Shown: in pieces, positions 21,732 to 31,432 of the stretch
Layout of the letters: the number at the start of each line of letters is the position of its first letter
Position numbering within the stretch: position 1 is the first letter of the stretch
Assembly: GCA_963803805.1 (NCBI GenBank)
Contig: CAWDOD010000003.1
Span: 576,001-640,000 of the forward strand
Length of the DNA stretch: 64,000 nucleotides
From: an uncultured cyanobacterium
GTDB lineage: Bacteria; Cyanobacteriota; Cyanobacteriia; Cyanobacteriales; CAWCAG01
Reading direction: 5' to 3'
Program-made: the position numbers and the translations under genes
Notes under the pieces: generated by a model
What the model saw: only the letters and a program-made list of their open reading frames with translations
What the model was told of the DNA's origin: nothing
Databases searched by the model: none

Positions 21732-22610
21732 ATGTTACGCAAATCCCTGATTTTATTAATGTCTCTGTCTCTATGTTGGGCAATCGTTGCTTGCGGTTCT
21801 TCAACAGAAAATTATTCTTCTTCCCCAAGTACTAGGGTTTCTTCCCCCTCCCAAAGCCAGGTTAACCAAGGAGAATACCCCGTTCAACAAGCTGAATATA
21901 ACGATGCTACGGGGGAATATAGCCTGATGCTACTCAACACTCCACCTGGAGTAGCCCCTGTGTTTCGCACCACAGACTTACAAATGGCCCGTCTTACCGA
22001 AGAACAAATCAAAGCGGGGAAAAGCAGTTTCTTAAATTTAGACAACAATCAAGCGGTTTTGAACTTAACCGAAGATTTCCAAATTCAGTATGTTCACAAT
22101 GTAACCGAAAATCAGGTAAATCCTCAAACTGGTCAGCAGGAAGTAGTGGTAGTACGCCAAGAATCTAGTTTTTGGACACCTTTCGCTGGTGCGATTGCTG
22201 GGCAAGTTGTCGCTAATGCTTTATTCACTCCCCAATATTATGTTCCTCCTGTTTATCAGCCAGGAGTCGGAGTGATGAGAGGTTACGGTGGTTATGGCAA
22301 TACCTATGATACAGCAGTAAGTAGATATCAAACTCGTTATCAAGAACCCCCCGCATCTGTTAAAAATCGCCAAGTTTTGCGTACTACAGGCAATATTAGA
22401 TCAGGTTCATCAAACCAACCCAACAGGACTACCACGAAAACCAAAACTACCACGACTAATAATAATCAAAACAAAAGCCGTTCTACCGGTTCAGGAGTTG
22501 GTTCTAGTGATTTGTCACCTTCTAACAAGTCTCGCAAAACAACTGCACCGAAAAAGCGCAACACTGGTTTTGGCAGCAGTAAGCCTTCTCGTTCTCGCAA
22601 AAGACGTTAA
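21732..22610 (+). CDS. Lipoprotein with low-complexity basic tail
   Basis: Lipobox IVAC; SSFWTPFAGA; Ser/Thr/Arg-rich C-terminus. Confidence 0.75.
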   Translation: MLRKSLILLMSLSLCWAIVACGSSTENYSSSPSTRVSSPSQSQVNQGEYPVQQAEYNDATGEYSLMLLNTPPGVAPVFRTTDLQMARLTEEQIKAGKSSFLNLDNNQAVLNLTEDFQIQYVHNVTENQVNPQTGQQEVVVVRQESSFWTPFAGAIAGQVVANALFTPQYYVPPVYQPGVGVMRGYGGYGNTYDTAVSRYQTRYQEPPASVKNRQVLRTTGNIRSGSSNQPNRTTTKTKTTTTNNNQNKSRSTGSGVGSSDLSPSNKSRKTTAPKKRNTGFGSSKPSRSRKRR

Positions 22611-22710
22611 CTTCTAATATACAAGGGTGGGCATGGGCCGCCTTCATAGACGAGGATATTGAGTTAGAGCTTCAAGATTGGTAATTTTACTTATTCTCAT
22701 AACTCAATCA

Positions 22711-23964
22711 TTAAATAGCCATACTAGTTTGGGGATCAAAAAGATGAACTTTTTCTAGGTTAATAGAAAGCCATAAAGAATCGCCATTTCTGACGGTATA
22801 GTCTGGGGAAATTCTCACTTGTAACGGGGCTTTAATCGCATCAACTAAATGCACCATCAAATAAGTATCATTTCCTAAAGCTTCTACTAAATCCACCTGC
22901 ACAAGTAAATTTTTCGTGGCTGGAACACTCACAACAAAATCTTCAGGGCGAACACCGAGTAACAAAGAACGTCCGTTGTAAGGTTGAAGAGATTCTTGCC
23001 AGACTTCTGGTAAGGTAATGCGAAATTGAGGATGGGTAATTAATAAAGGGGCTTTCACCTCCACTGATAGAAAATTCATGGGAGGAGAACCAATAAACTC
23101 AGCTACAAAACGATTAACCGGATGATCATAAATTTCTAGAGGTTTAGCTATTTGTTGAATTTCTCCTTGATTCATCACCGCAATGCGATCCCCCATTGTC
23201 ATTGCTTCAGTTTGATCGTGGGTAACGTAAATCGTCGTAGTTCCCAACTGCTTTTGTAGTTTGACAATTTGGCTACGAGTTTCTGCCCTTAATTTGGCAT
23301 CAAGGTTAGATAAGGGTTCGTCCATTAAAAATACTTGGGGGTTACGGGCGATCGCCCTTCCTAAAGCTACCCTCTGCTTTTGCCCCCCGGAAAGCTGTTT
23401 AGGCAAGCGGTTCAGGAGAGAGTCGATTTGTAATAATTCTGCTACATTTTGTACCCTTTCCTCAATAATTTTCTCTTCTGCTAATCCATAACCTAGTCTT
23501 TTTGGTAGCGATCGCGTCATTCCTAAAAAAAGTTTTTTACTCCACTCCTTAAAACTCTTACCTTCATTACTTCTTGGGGCCATTCGCCGTAGCCCGAAAG
23601 CAATATTATCGTAAACCGTTAAATGGGGATAAAGGGCATAATTTTGAAACACCATAGCAATATCCCGTTGCTTAGGAGGGAGATCATTAACCACAGAAGA
23701 ACCAACGGAAATATTGCCCCCAGTCAACTCTTCTAACCCAGCAATAACCCGTAATAAGGTACTTTTTCCACAACCAGAAGGTCCCACCAAAACCATGAAT
23801 TCCCCGTCTTCTACCATCAGGTTAATGCGTCGTAAAACGCTAACGGCACTGGATTTTGAACTAGATTCTTCAATATTTAGTTGTTCCGATGCAGATCCAA
23901 CAGTAGTTTTTTCTCTACTGCCAGGAAAGCTTTTATAGACATTCTCCAAAACAACTTTTGCCAC
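22711..23964 (-). CDS. Sugar ABC transporter ATP-binding protein (MalK/UgpC-like)
   Basis: GPSGCGKS, VFQNYALYPH, LSGGQ, DEPLSNLDA; C-terminal TOBE. Confidence 0.92.
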   Translation of the reverse strand: MAKVVLENVYKSFPGSREKTTVGSASEQLNIEESSSKSSAVSVLRRINLMVEDGEFMVLVGPSGCGKSTLLRVIAGLEELTGGNISVGSSVVNDLPPKQRDIAMVFQNYALYPHLTVYDNIAFGLRRMAPRSNEGKSFKEWSKKLFLGMTRSLPKRLGYGLAEEKIIEERVQNVAELLQIDSLLNRLPKQLSGGQKQRVALGRAIARNPQVFLMDEPLSNLDAKLRAETRSQIVKLQKQLGTTTIYVTHDQTEAMTMGDRIAVMNQGEIQQIAKPLEIYDHPVNRFVAEFIGSPPMNFLSVEVKAPLLITHPQFRITLPEVWQESLQPYNGRSLLLGVRPEDFVVSVPATKNLLVQVDLVEALGNDTYLMVHLVDAIKAPLQVRISPDYTVRNGDSLWLSINLEKVHLFDPQTSMAI

Positions 23965-24204
23965 GTTGTTGCTCTCATTTATTGGACTTTGAGCTATAGA
24001 TTACCTGATTTGCCCCTCATTTTGGAGTAGTTTCACTAATCCAATCAGTTAACTGTCCACCCAACAAAGTTAATAAACCCCTTATTTTGGTTCTTATTAG
24101 GGGGATTTTCCCGTCAATTGAGTTACTTACCTATTCTCTCACTAAGGAAGTCGCGATGCTTTATATCGTTGAGATATCAAAAGTTTGAAATCCTTGCTAT
24201 AGCT

Positions 24205-24384
24205 ATGTTTGACTCAATCTGTATTCGCAATTTAACTGTCTTAACTATTTTTGTTGCTGGAGTTAGTTTCAGCTTAAGCGAAGTCTATCAACAACCCATA
24301 GAAAGCACAAAGAGAGAACAAGCATCTAATATGGGTAAGTTGGTAAAAATAAGATTAGCCATGAAAGCCCAACAAATGCGTTAA
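24205..24384 (+). CDS. Possible 59-aa protein with hydrophobic N-terminus
   Basis: ATG at 24205 inside ORF 24118-24384; LTVLTIFVAGVSF segment; no family recognised. Confidence 0.3.
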   Translation: MFDSICIRNLTVLTIFVAGVSFSLSEVYQQPIESTKREQASNMGKLVKIRLAMKAQQMR

Positions 24385-24461
24385 AACCACAATATTCTGT
24401 TTAGGAGAAAAGGAATAGGGTTTTTAATAACCGAATTTGGTATGAAGTCTCAGATTTAGCA

Positions 24462-24505
24462 ATTAGGAATAAGCAAAGCTTTTGTGAGCTTTGCTTATTC
24501 CTAAT
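24462..24505. terminator. 19-bp perfect inverted repeat at the 3' end of the pentapeptide gene
   Basis: ATTAGGAATAAGCAAAGCT-tttgtg-AGCTTTGCTTATTCCTAAT. Confidence 0.65.
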
Positions 24506-25013
24506 CTCTACAACCTAGACTCTCTCTTGTGGAGACTCTGGTGACAGGATTAACACCATCAGCTCTTTCGCACATTAAGGAAACTTGGTAACGATCTATA
24601 ATTGCCTCTGAGAAATCAGCCCCTGTAATTTTGGTATCGAAGAAGCGGCTACGGGAAGCTACAGCCCCTGCAAAAATGGCATTAGTCAAATCAGCACCGT
24701 CGAAAGTTACTCTGTCTAACAAAGCCCCAGAAAGGTCTGAACCAGATAAATTAGCATTTAATAATACCCCTTTTGTCATAATAGTTCCTTTGAGGTTGGA
24801 ACCATGAAAATCTGTCCCTCGCATTTCCGCCGCAGCGAAAACTGCCCCGACTAAATCTTGGTTGGAGAAATCGCGGTTTTGTAAGTCGGTTTGGGCATAG
24901 TTAACGGCATTGGTTTGAGCTAAGGCAGGATGGGCATCCAAAAGAACCCACAACCCAGCAAATAGTAGGACGATAACTATGCCTAATAAACGTACAATGA
25001 GGGTTTTTATCAC
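24501..25013 (-). CDS. Exported pentapeptide repeat protein
   Basis: Signal peptide ending PALA; A(D/N)Lxx repeats; [17 protein letters not shown] tail. Confidence 0.88.
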   Translation of the reverse strand: MIKTLIVRLLGIVIVLLFAGLWVLLDAHPALAQTNAVNYAQTDLQNRDFSNQDLVGAVFAAAEMRGTDFHGSNLKGTIMTKGVLLNANLSGSDLSGALLDRVTFDGADLTNAIFAGAVASRSRFFDTKITGADFSEAIIDRYQVSLMCERADGVNPVTRVSTRESLGCRD

Positions 25014-25018
25014 TTAAA

Positions 25019-26497
25019 TCAATCCTCTTTTACTTCTGAGGGGGAGTTGTCTTCAGCCAGAATCTGTTTAGCATCTCGTCCTAACTGAATCGTAAGATCA
25101 GAATCTATATGTCCTGTAGATTCTGATCTTACTGTACCTAAACTGAGAACTTTTCTGAGGCGCTTAGCCCCAGTGAGGTCACCTCTTTGGGGAATAATGG
25201 TGGTTTCTTTAAGCATCCTGGGGGCTACATCTTCAATTACAAAAATATTATCGAAATTCTTTTCCCGTAAATACTCAGCAAAGCGTTCTGCTAATTCAGG
25301 ATCTCTAGTGGTATTTTGGATACCAATGCGTAGTTCCCGAAAAGATTTAGTCGTCTCATTAACATAATCAGCTTCTTGATTAAAATACTGACTAACTAAG
25401 CGATCCCGTTCATTAGGGTACAAAATCCAATAACTAACATCATATTCCCCTTCGCTGCTGAAGCGACCAGGGAGCATAACCATATTAATATCTTCTTTGT
25501 TTAAGTTCAAACCAAAACTAACCAAAGCCAACATTTCTTCAGTAGAAATGTTGGTATCCACATATTGCTGCATTACCCGGATTGCTTTTGGTAGTTTAGG
25601 CAAAATAGCGGGTTGCTTAAGCCTCTGCCGCAAAGCTTTGAGGAGAATTTGCTGGCGTTGTACCCTCCCAATATCTCCATAACCATCACCGCGAAAACGA
25701 GCAAATTGTTCTGCTTCCTTGCCGTTAAGAGTTTGCCATCCAGGTTGGAGGTCGATTTTCAGTTTTTGGGTTTTATCTTCATAGTCCATGGCATAGGGAA
25801 CATCTACTTCAATACCCCCTACCAAATCCACCATTTCTTGAAAAGCATCAGTATTAACGCGAATGTAGCGATCAATGGAAACATCGTTTAAAGTTTCACT
25901 CACTACCTTAGCTGCTAATTCTGCCCCACCCTGAATGTTAGCATCATTAATTTTACCTTCTCCTAAACCAGGAATATTAACCCTTGTATCTCTAGGAATA
26001 GAGAGCATTTTAACGGAGTTATCACTAGGATCAAAACGCAGCAATAGCATAGTATCACTATGGCCTTCAAAAATCTCCTTTGAGGTTTTCGCTGCTCCTG
26101 GGACTCGATCGATTCCCATCACCAAAATATTAACCGGGCGGGACAAGCGATATTGTAAGTTAGCTTGCCAACCTTCATCTCCCCCCTTGGCTTTTTCAGG
26201 TAGGAGTCCTGTTTTTTGAGCTATGGGAGCAATAAATGTTGATAGAGGGCTAACCAAAGCTACTGTCGCCCCTACTGTGGCGGAAATAGTTGCGGTTAAG
26301 ACAAAGGTTGTACTCCAAAACAACCATTTACTGATCTTAGACGTGGACTGCTTAGATTGTTTAGTTTTGGCAGTAGCTTTAGAAGCAGAAGTTTTACTAG
26401 TTTTGCCAGCATCTAAAGATGCTTGTTCTGGCTCTATAGCAAGAGCTACAGTCGTTTGTTTGATGCCTTTTTTCACTTTTACCTCATTCAACCACAA
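25019..26497 (-). CDS. LCP (LytR-CpsA-Psr) family protein with LytR_C domain
   Basis: NILVMGID, SDTMLL, SIPRDT, FARFR, GDIGRVQRQQ. Confidence 0.9.
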   Translation of the reverse strand: MWLNEVKVKKGIKQTTVALAIEPEQASLDAGKTSKTSASKATAKTKQSKQSTSKISKWLFWSTTFVLTATISATVGATVALVSPLSTFIAPIAQKTGLLPEKAKGGDEGWQANLQYRLSRPVNILVMGIDRVPGAAKTSKEIFEGHSDTMLLLRFDPSDNSVKMLSIPRDTRVNIPGLGEGKINDANIQGGAELAAKVVSETLNDVSIDRYIRVNTDAFQEMVDLVGGIEVDVPYAMDYEDKTQKLKIDLQPGWQTLNGKEAEQFARFRGDGYGDIGRVQRQQILLKALRQRLKQPAILPKLPKAIRVMQQYVDTNISTEEMLALVSFGLNLNKEDINMVMLPGRFSSEGEYDVSYWILYPNERDRLVSQYFNQEADYVNETTKSFRELRIGIQNTTRDPELAERFAEYLREKNFDNIFVIEDVAPRMLKETTIIPQRGDLTGAKRLRKVLSLGTVRSESTGHIDSDLTIQLGRDAKQILAEDNSPSEVKED

Positions 26498-26655
26498 ATA
26501 ATACGGTCAGCGCTGGCACCCGAAGCACTATTCGTTTTGCCTCTATTGCTGGATTATACCTTTAGGTATTCAAAGGTAAAGTACTCAATGAGGACATTTT
26601 TAAGTTAAAAATTAGAAATAATCTCTTTATATACATAAGTAGGGGCCTCATAAGC

Positions 26656-27717
26656 ATGAGCAAAACCTTGATACCTATAATCTTAGCTGGTGGAAAAGGA
26701 GAAAGATTTTGGCCTCTTAGCCGCAGGCTAAACCCCAAACAGTTCCTTTCTCTTGACGGTAGTGGTAGGAGTTTGTTGCAAGCAACAGCAGAACGCCTAC
26801 TGGATTTAGCAGGAGGCTGGGATAATCTCTGGGTAGTAACCAATGCCCAGATAGCTAAGGGGATTGAGGAACAGTTACCAGAGTTGCCCCAATCTAATTT
26901 GTTGGTAGAACCAGAAGGGAAAGATACGGCTCCTGCTGTAGCCTGGGCTACTATTGAAGTAGCTAAACGCTGTGGCGAGGATGCTGTTGTTGGTTTTTTT
27001 CCTGCGGATCATTGGATTGGCGATCGCGCCGCTTATCACAACACTCTTGATGCTGCTACAGAGTTGGCTATAGCTCAGGATACTATCGTCACATTAGGAA
27101 TCGCTCCTGATTATCCTTCTACGGGCTATGGCTACATTGAACAGGGAGAAACCAAGGGAACCTACGGAGGTTTACCTGTTTATAAAGTCAGCCGTTTCAC
27201 CGAAAAGCCTGACGAAGCTACAGCCAAATCTTTTCTAAGTACTGGTAAATTTAGCTGGAACAGTGGTATGTTTATTTTTCGGGCTGGGGTTGCTTTAGCT
27301 GAGTTACAAAAGTATGCCCCTAATATTATGAAGCTTTTGCAAGACGAGGGTATAGCAGCATACCCTCAATTAGAAAAAAAGAGCATTGATTATGCCCTAA
27401 TGGAAAAAACGCAACTAGCCTACGTCCTCCCAGCTAACTTTGGTTGGGATGACTTAGGAGACTGGAATGCCCTCGAGAGGCTTTTAAAGAAAGAGCAAGC
27501 TAATGTGGAACTAGCAGATCATGTTGGTATGGATACGAAAGATTCTATTTTCTATGCCAGTGATGAAGATGAGGTGATTGTGACTATTGGCTTAGAAAAT
27601 GTGGTTGTTGTCCGTGCTGGTAAAGCAACTTTGGTGGTAGATAAACGAAGAACTCAAGACATTAAAAAGGTACTTAAGTTGTTACAGCAACAACCCAAGT
27701 TTGATAAATTGCTATAG
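26656..27717 (+). CDS. manC: Mannose-1-phosphate guanylyltransferase
   Basis: LAGGKGERFWPLSR, PKQFL, EP.GKDTAPA, PADH, EKP, WNSGMF, SIDYALMEK. Confidence 0.9.
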   Translation: MSKTLIPIILAGGKGERFWPLSRRLNPKQFLSLDGSGRSLLQATAERLLDLAGGWDNLWVVTNAQIAKGIEEQLPELPQSNLLVEPEGKDTAPAVAWATIEVAKRCGEDAVVGFFPADHWIGDRAAYHNTLDAATELAIAQDTIVTLGIAPDYPSTGYGYIEQGETKGTYGGLPVYKVSRFTEKPDEATAKSFLSTGKFSWNSGMFIFRAGVALAELQKYAPNIMKLLQDEGIAAYPQLEKKSIDYALMEKTQLAYVLPANFGWDDLGDWNALERLLKKEQANVELADHVGMDTKDSIFYASDEDEVIVTIGLENVVVVRAGKATLVVDKRRTQDIKKVLKLLQQQPKFDKLL

Positions 27718-27741
27718 AGCAAAATCCTTGAGACTCGCCTA

Positions 27742-27954
27742 CTACATAACGTCCCACCAGCCAAAAGCTGGTCCAACAAAGCGAATAGTAATCCAGGATG
27801 ATACCAGTAAGCCTATACCAATCCAAGCCCCTTTTGTCGTTATTTTCACAAACTGCTCTGCTTGAGTTTTGGTAATAGGGACTAAAGGAAGAACGCTTTT
27901 TTCTTGACCGTATTTATCTCCTAAAGCTTCTTTGCGCCGTTTTGCTTCACCCAT
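27742..27954 (-). CDS. DUF2839 family protein
   Basis: MGEAKRRK...TTKGAWIGIG...RFVGPAFGWW. Confidence 0.85.
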   Translation of the reverse strand: MGEAKRRKEALGDKYGQEKSVLPLVPITKTQAEQFVKITTKGAWIGIGLLVSSWITIRFVGPAFGWWDVM

Positions 27955-28209
27955 AATTCTCAGTAGAAGTTACTCAATTTATACTCTATGGCAAGATCAT
28001 AGCGCTTTCTGTGGGGGATTTTGGCAGGTTGTTTATTTTCTGCAACAGTGGCGAAGAGAGGAGGAAGCCTTTTTCCCTTAAGTTCCCTTGCCTCGGTCAT
28101 CTGACTAGAAATGATTTACTTTTTTTATACTTTAGTTCAGAAAAATTAATGGGCTTGAGGTATTGACATTAAGTTTGATTTCTGTAAGTATTAATGCGTA
28201 ACCGGACAA

Positions 28210-28290
28210 ATCGTTCATCTCTCTTTTTTCTCATAAATATGAAGATATATGGAGAGACGGAAGTAGAGATTGCTCTCGAAGGAACGCACC
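28210..28290 (+). promoter_or_regulatory. Glutamine riboswitch (glnA motif, type I)
   Basis: P1 CGTTC(28212)/GAACG(28282); P2 TCTCTC/GAGAGA; conserved ACGGAAGTA and CGAAGGAACGC; P3 GAGA-ttgc-TCTC. Confidence 0.85.
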
Positions 28291-28316
28291 GCATCCAAAA
28301 TCAAGAGGTAGTTTTG

Positions 28317-28535
28317 ATGCTCGTGCCGCTATTAATATCCATTTTGCTTACCTCAGTAGCTGTTTATTTCAGCGTTAATGCTGAAGAAGAAATAGTCCAA
28401 GTAGCAGCAGCTTTTTGCGCTTTACTCTGTCTATTTTTAAGTCTTTTTTTCGCTCCCCTGGCTATCAAGTTACTGATCGTGACAGTTCCTTTTCTCGGCA
28501 AAAAAATCAACTATGTGCTACCCCGCCAAAGGTAA
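28317..28535 (+). CDS. 72-aa two-TM membrane protein downstream of the glutamine riboswitch
   Basis: GAGGT SD before ATG 28317; two hydrophobic helices around an EEE loop; the longer 28194 start would run through the riboswitch. Confidence 0.75.
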   Translation: MLVPLLISILLTSVAVYFSVNAEEEIVQVAAAFCALLCLFLSLFFAPLAIKLLIVTVPFLGKKINYVLPRQR

Positions 28536-28625
28536 TTTAATAGACAGTAAATTTTTTAGTTGTTAGTTGTTGCTTCCCTAATAACCAGTATCAAGCTCAG
28601 CAACCACTCTTTTGTAGCTGATAGC

Positions 28626-29099
28626 CTATTTACTCTCTGGGTTGAGGCGACTCATTTCCCAAGTGGTATATGTGCCAATAGGACTCCAAATGATATAAGG
28701 GAATAGCAAAAAAGCTCCAGTATGGGAGACTGGGAAAACAAGCAAAGTTAGAATAATACCTAATAAAAAGCCAATTGCCCCAATAATCGTACCAACTCTC
28801 AAGCTACGAGAAAAACACATCACTGGAGTATAGGCAACTATAGCTATTTCTACCAAAAGATAGAAAGCCATCAAGAACCAAGTATAGCTATCACCTGGGT
28901 TTTCTCGCCAAACTAAAGTTGCAGAGATAGCGCCACAGATAAAGACAAAAATCCAAATAATTGGAATGGCTTTCTCAAAGGTTAACCATTGGGGGCGACG
29001 CAGGTGCTTAAACCACTTTTTGTCTTGGGATCTCAAAAGACTTCCTGCTGAACCCACGATAAAAGTAACCGCACCGATTATCATCCAAGGTTTAATCAT
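28626..29099 (-). CDS. TspO/MBR family sensory membrane protein
   Basis: WFKHLRRPQWL, PIIW, PYIIW; likely start MIKPW. Confidence 0.82.
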   Translation of the reverse strand: MIKPWMIIGAVTFIVGSAGSLLRSQDKKWFKHLRRPQWLTFEKAIPIIWIFVFICGAISATLVWRENPGDSYTWFLMAFYLLVEIAIVAYTPVMCFSRSLRVGTIIGAIGFLLGIILTLLVFPVSHTGAFLLFPYIIWSPIGTYTTWEMSRLNPESK

Positions 29100-29268
29100 A
29101 TTTGAAAATCTATTATTGTGTATTTCTACCAATACCTCTAAAAGTTTGCTCTTCGCCTCTTTCATTATGATGAAAGTATGTTAAGGTCAGATATATCTTT
29201 CGTCCTAATTAATTTATTGTTAGGAATATTTAAACAAATTTACTGAAGAGAAAGAATAATAAAATTTA

Positions 29269-29487
29269 ATGAATCCAGTCAAAATGCCTCCTGTCCAATT
29301 GCTACCTGGCGCTATTTCAGAAATTTTGGCTTCTAGTAGCCAAACAGGTAGACTGACTAAAGCAGATCGTTATGGATTAATGGCAGCAGCTTTTGATGAA
29401 CTCTTAGTAGAAGAGGAGAGGAGAGCGATTAATAGGTTATTGAGGGCAGTTGTGAAAGGTAGGGTTAAGATTACAAATGAGCTTTAG
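29269..29487 (+). CDS. Conserved small cyanobacterial hypothetical protein
   Basis: T.ADRYGLMAA...EEE.RAI.RLL.AV..GR family pattern. Confidence 0.75.
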   Translation: MNPVKMPPVQLLPGAISEILASSSQTGRLTKADRYGLMAAAFDELLVEEERRAINRLLRAVVKGRVKITNEL

Positions 29488-29702
29488 TTCTATTTTTTCG
29501 GTTGAAAATTAATTAGTTGGTTTGGCATATTACCAACTAATGTTTGTTTGCTAGAGAAAAGTTGTAACTGAAATCACTTAGTCTCAGTTTTCTTTATCAC
29601 CCTTTAGACTGATTGCTTTCACCCTTGTCAAGGGGGAGAAATCACTTAGGTTTGCTCTAAAAAAAGTGATACTAATCTTGTAGAAAGTAATTAGTAAGCA
29701 TT

Positions 29703-29870
29703 ATGATTTTAATTAGAGAAATGGCTAAACAAGCTTTTAATCAAGGTATTTCAAACCAGTCCCTTGAAAAACAGGTAAGCCAAAACCCAACTTCAGTCGT
29801 CACTATGGATAACAGTTATTCTGGTTTACAGCAAGCTATTAAAATAAATCAGATGAAGCCTAAAAACTGA
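29703..29870 (+). CDS. 55-aa hypothetical protein (below the ORF-track cutoff)
   Basis: MILIREMAKQAFNQG...LQQAI; resembles cyanobacterial LIR..V.QAL.TG...LQ.A small proteins. Confidence 0.5.
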   Translation: MILIREMAKQAFNQGISNQSLEKQVSQNPTSVVTMDNSYSGLQQAIKINQMKPKN

Positions 29871-30085
29871 AGTTAGTTAACTGTGGTTAATTCTTCAAGG
29901 TTATGTATATTTAAACACTGTTTTTCTCAAATAAAAATGCTTATGAAATTTCTAGGTTAATAAAGGGGAAGTTATACGAAAATCAAACTCTAAGACAACA
30001 TCAGCGCAAAGCCTAACTTTAGATACTTAAGAGAGTAGCTTTCTAAGTTACAACATCTTACTCTTTTGTAGAAAGGTTAAAATCA

Positions 30086-30259
30086 ATGAATGTATCATGG
30101 AAGCAGCTAGCAGTCAGACTAGTTATTTGGCTATTTGCTGAGGCACTCCTTAACTTCCTGGGATTAGATAGTATTGCTGACTATAGTGAATTTATATTTG
30201 AACCCAGACACTACACTATACAAATTGCTCCAGCCCGCTTCTTGGAGACAAAAATTTAA
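30086..30259 (+). CDS. 57-aa small membrane protein (below the ORF-track cutoff)
   Basis: AAGG SD; MNVSWKQLAVRLVIWLFAEALLNFLGLDSIADYSEFIF matches a recurrent cyanobacterial W..E..LN..GLD..ADYSEF pattern. Confidence 0.65.
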   Translation: MNVSWKQLAVRLVIWLFAEALLNFLGLDSIADYSEFIFEPRHYTIQIAPARFLETKI

Positions 30260-30421
30260 AAACAGTATTATAGTCCTTTAACTACTTATTCTAGAAGCAT
30301 AAACAAATTAATATTTTGTTGTGAAAGTTTACCCTTTAGTTCAGTTGTTAATTAAATAATCACTATAATCCTAAAAATTTTAGACATTATTAAATATCTA
30401 ACCTTGAATAACCTTCATACC

Positions 30422-30907
30422 ATGTCTAAAAGCAAATTCAATAATCCTTTTAATAGTTATGATACTTATCCCTGTCCCATTTGTCGTCGGGGCAAGGTTT
30501 CTAGTATGCCTTTGATGGAAGCTTTTGCTTGTGACTTTTGCAGCCATATTTTTACGGTGGATTTTGAGAAACAGTTAATAAAAATTGCTGACAGGCAGCT
30601 ACCCCTAAGTTGGCATTGGAATGGTAAAAGTTGGCACAGCTTGCAGCAACAGAAGACAGAGGCTGCTTGGATTTATACTATAGCCGGATTTATTTTTCTG
30701 ATTCTGCCTACTACTATTGTGGGTTTGGGAGCTTATCTATTTCCTCCTCTGCCTGGAAGCCCTTTGGCTTGGTTTCCTGTTTTTTGGACTGGGTTAACTT
30801 TTTTAGCCCATTTAAGTTTTATACTCTGGATTACTGTTGAATATTATCAGTTTCCCATCTTTTTATATTTAAGGGCTACAGGAAGGAATTTGTTGCACTT
30901 GAGATAG
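30422..30907 (+). CDS. Conserved hypothetical zinc-ribbon membrane protein
   Basis: CPICR...CDFC followed by two TM helices. Confidence 0.75.
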   Translation: MSKSKFNNPFNSYDTYPCPICRRGKVSSMPLMEAFACDFCSHIFTVDFEKQLIKIADRQLPLSWHWNGKSWHSLQQQKTEAAWIYTIAGFIFLILPTTIVGLGAYLFPPLPGSPLAWFPVFWTGLTFLAHLSFILWITVEYYQFPIFLYLRATGRNLLHLR

Positions 30908-30969
30908 TGACAACTTGCTACAAGTTGATGCTTCTTGGTAAAATTTAACTCTATAATGTAGCAAGGTAT

Positions 30970-31041
30970 GCGGGTATAGTTCAGTGGTAGAACGTCACCT
31001 TCCCAAGGTGAATGTCGTGGGTTCGAGTCCCATTACCCGCT
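30970..31041 (+). tRNA. tRNA-Gly(CCC)
   Basis: Acceptor GCGGGTA/TACCCGC; anticodon arm TCACC-TTCCCAA-GGTGA; T-loop GTTCGAG; CCA not encoded. Confidence 0.95.
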
Positions 31042-31168
31042 TATTTGATAAGTTGTGATTGCTTCTTTAAGCATAGTTGCAAGCTTAGCATTGAAAAGTT
31101 AAGAGTGCGATCACTTCAAAAAATTCTTTAAGACTTTTTCCAATTAAGCTTTTTTTGCTCAACTAAAC

Positions 31169-31322
31169 GGTTCTACCGAACTTAGAATGTAAGATTAGCA
31201 AAAGAACAATGCCAAGTCAAGAAGCTTAGAAGAGAAAAGTTTTCAAAGTTTCTGAATCCATAAGCTCTCCTTTTAATCAACTTCAACTTGTTGTTAATTC
31301 CTTCCACTACTCCTTGAGTTGT
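31169..31322 (-). mobile_element. ISL3-family transposase C-terminal remnant with one terminus
   Basis: VEGINNKLKLIKRRAYGFRNFENF is the ISL3 C-terminal signature; GGTTCT end at 31169. Confidence 0.78.
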
Positions 31323-31432
31323 ACCCTTAATCGGTGAGACTATATTTGATATAGAAGAGTTTATCATAGCTGTCTATGTTGAAATTAACGGGGGTGAAGG
31401 GGTGAAAACTATTTCCTATTACTTAAGTTCCC

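Noticed and set aside
28188-28201. NtcA box at the riboswitch promoter
   Set aside because: GTA-N8-TAA has a mismatch; too weak in AT-rich DNA
28194-28316. N-terminal 41 aa of the 113-aa ORF
   Set aside because: Overlaps the riboswitch aptamer; the SD supports ATG 28317
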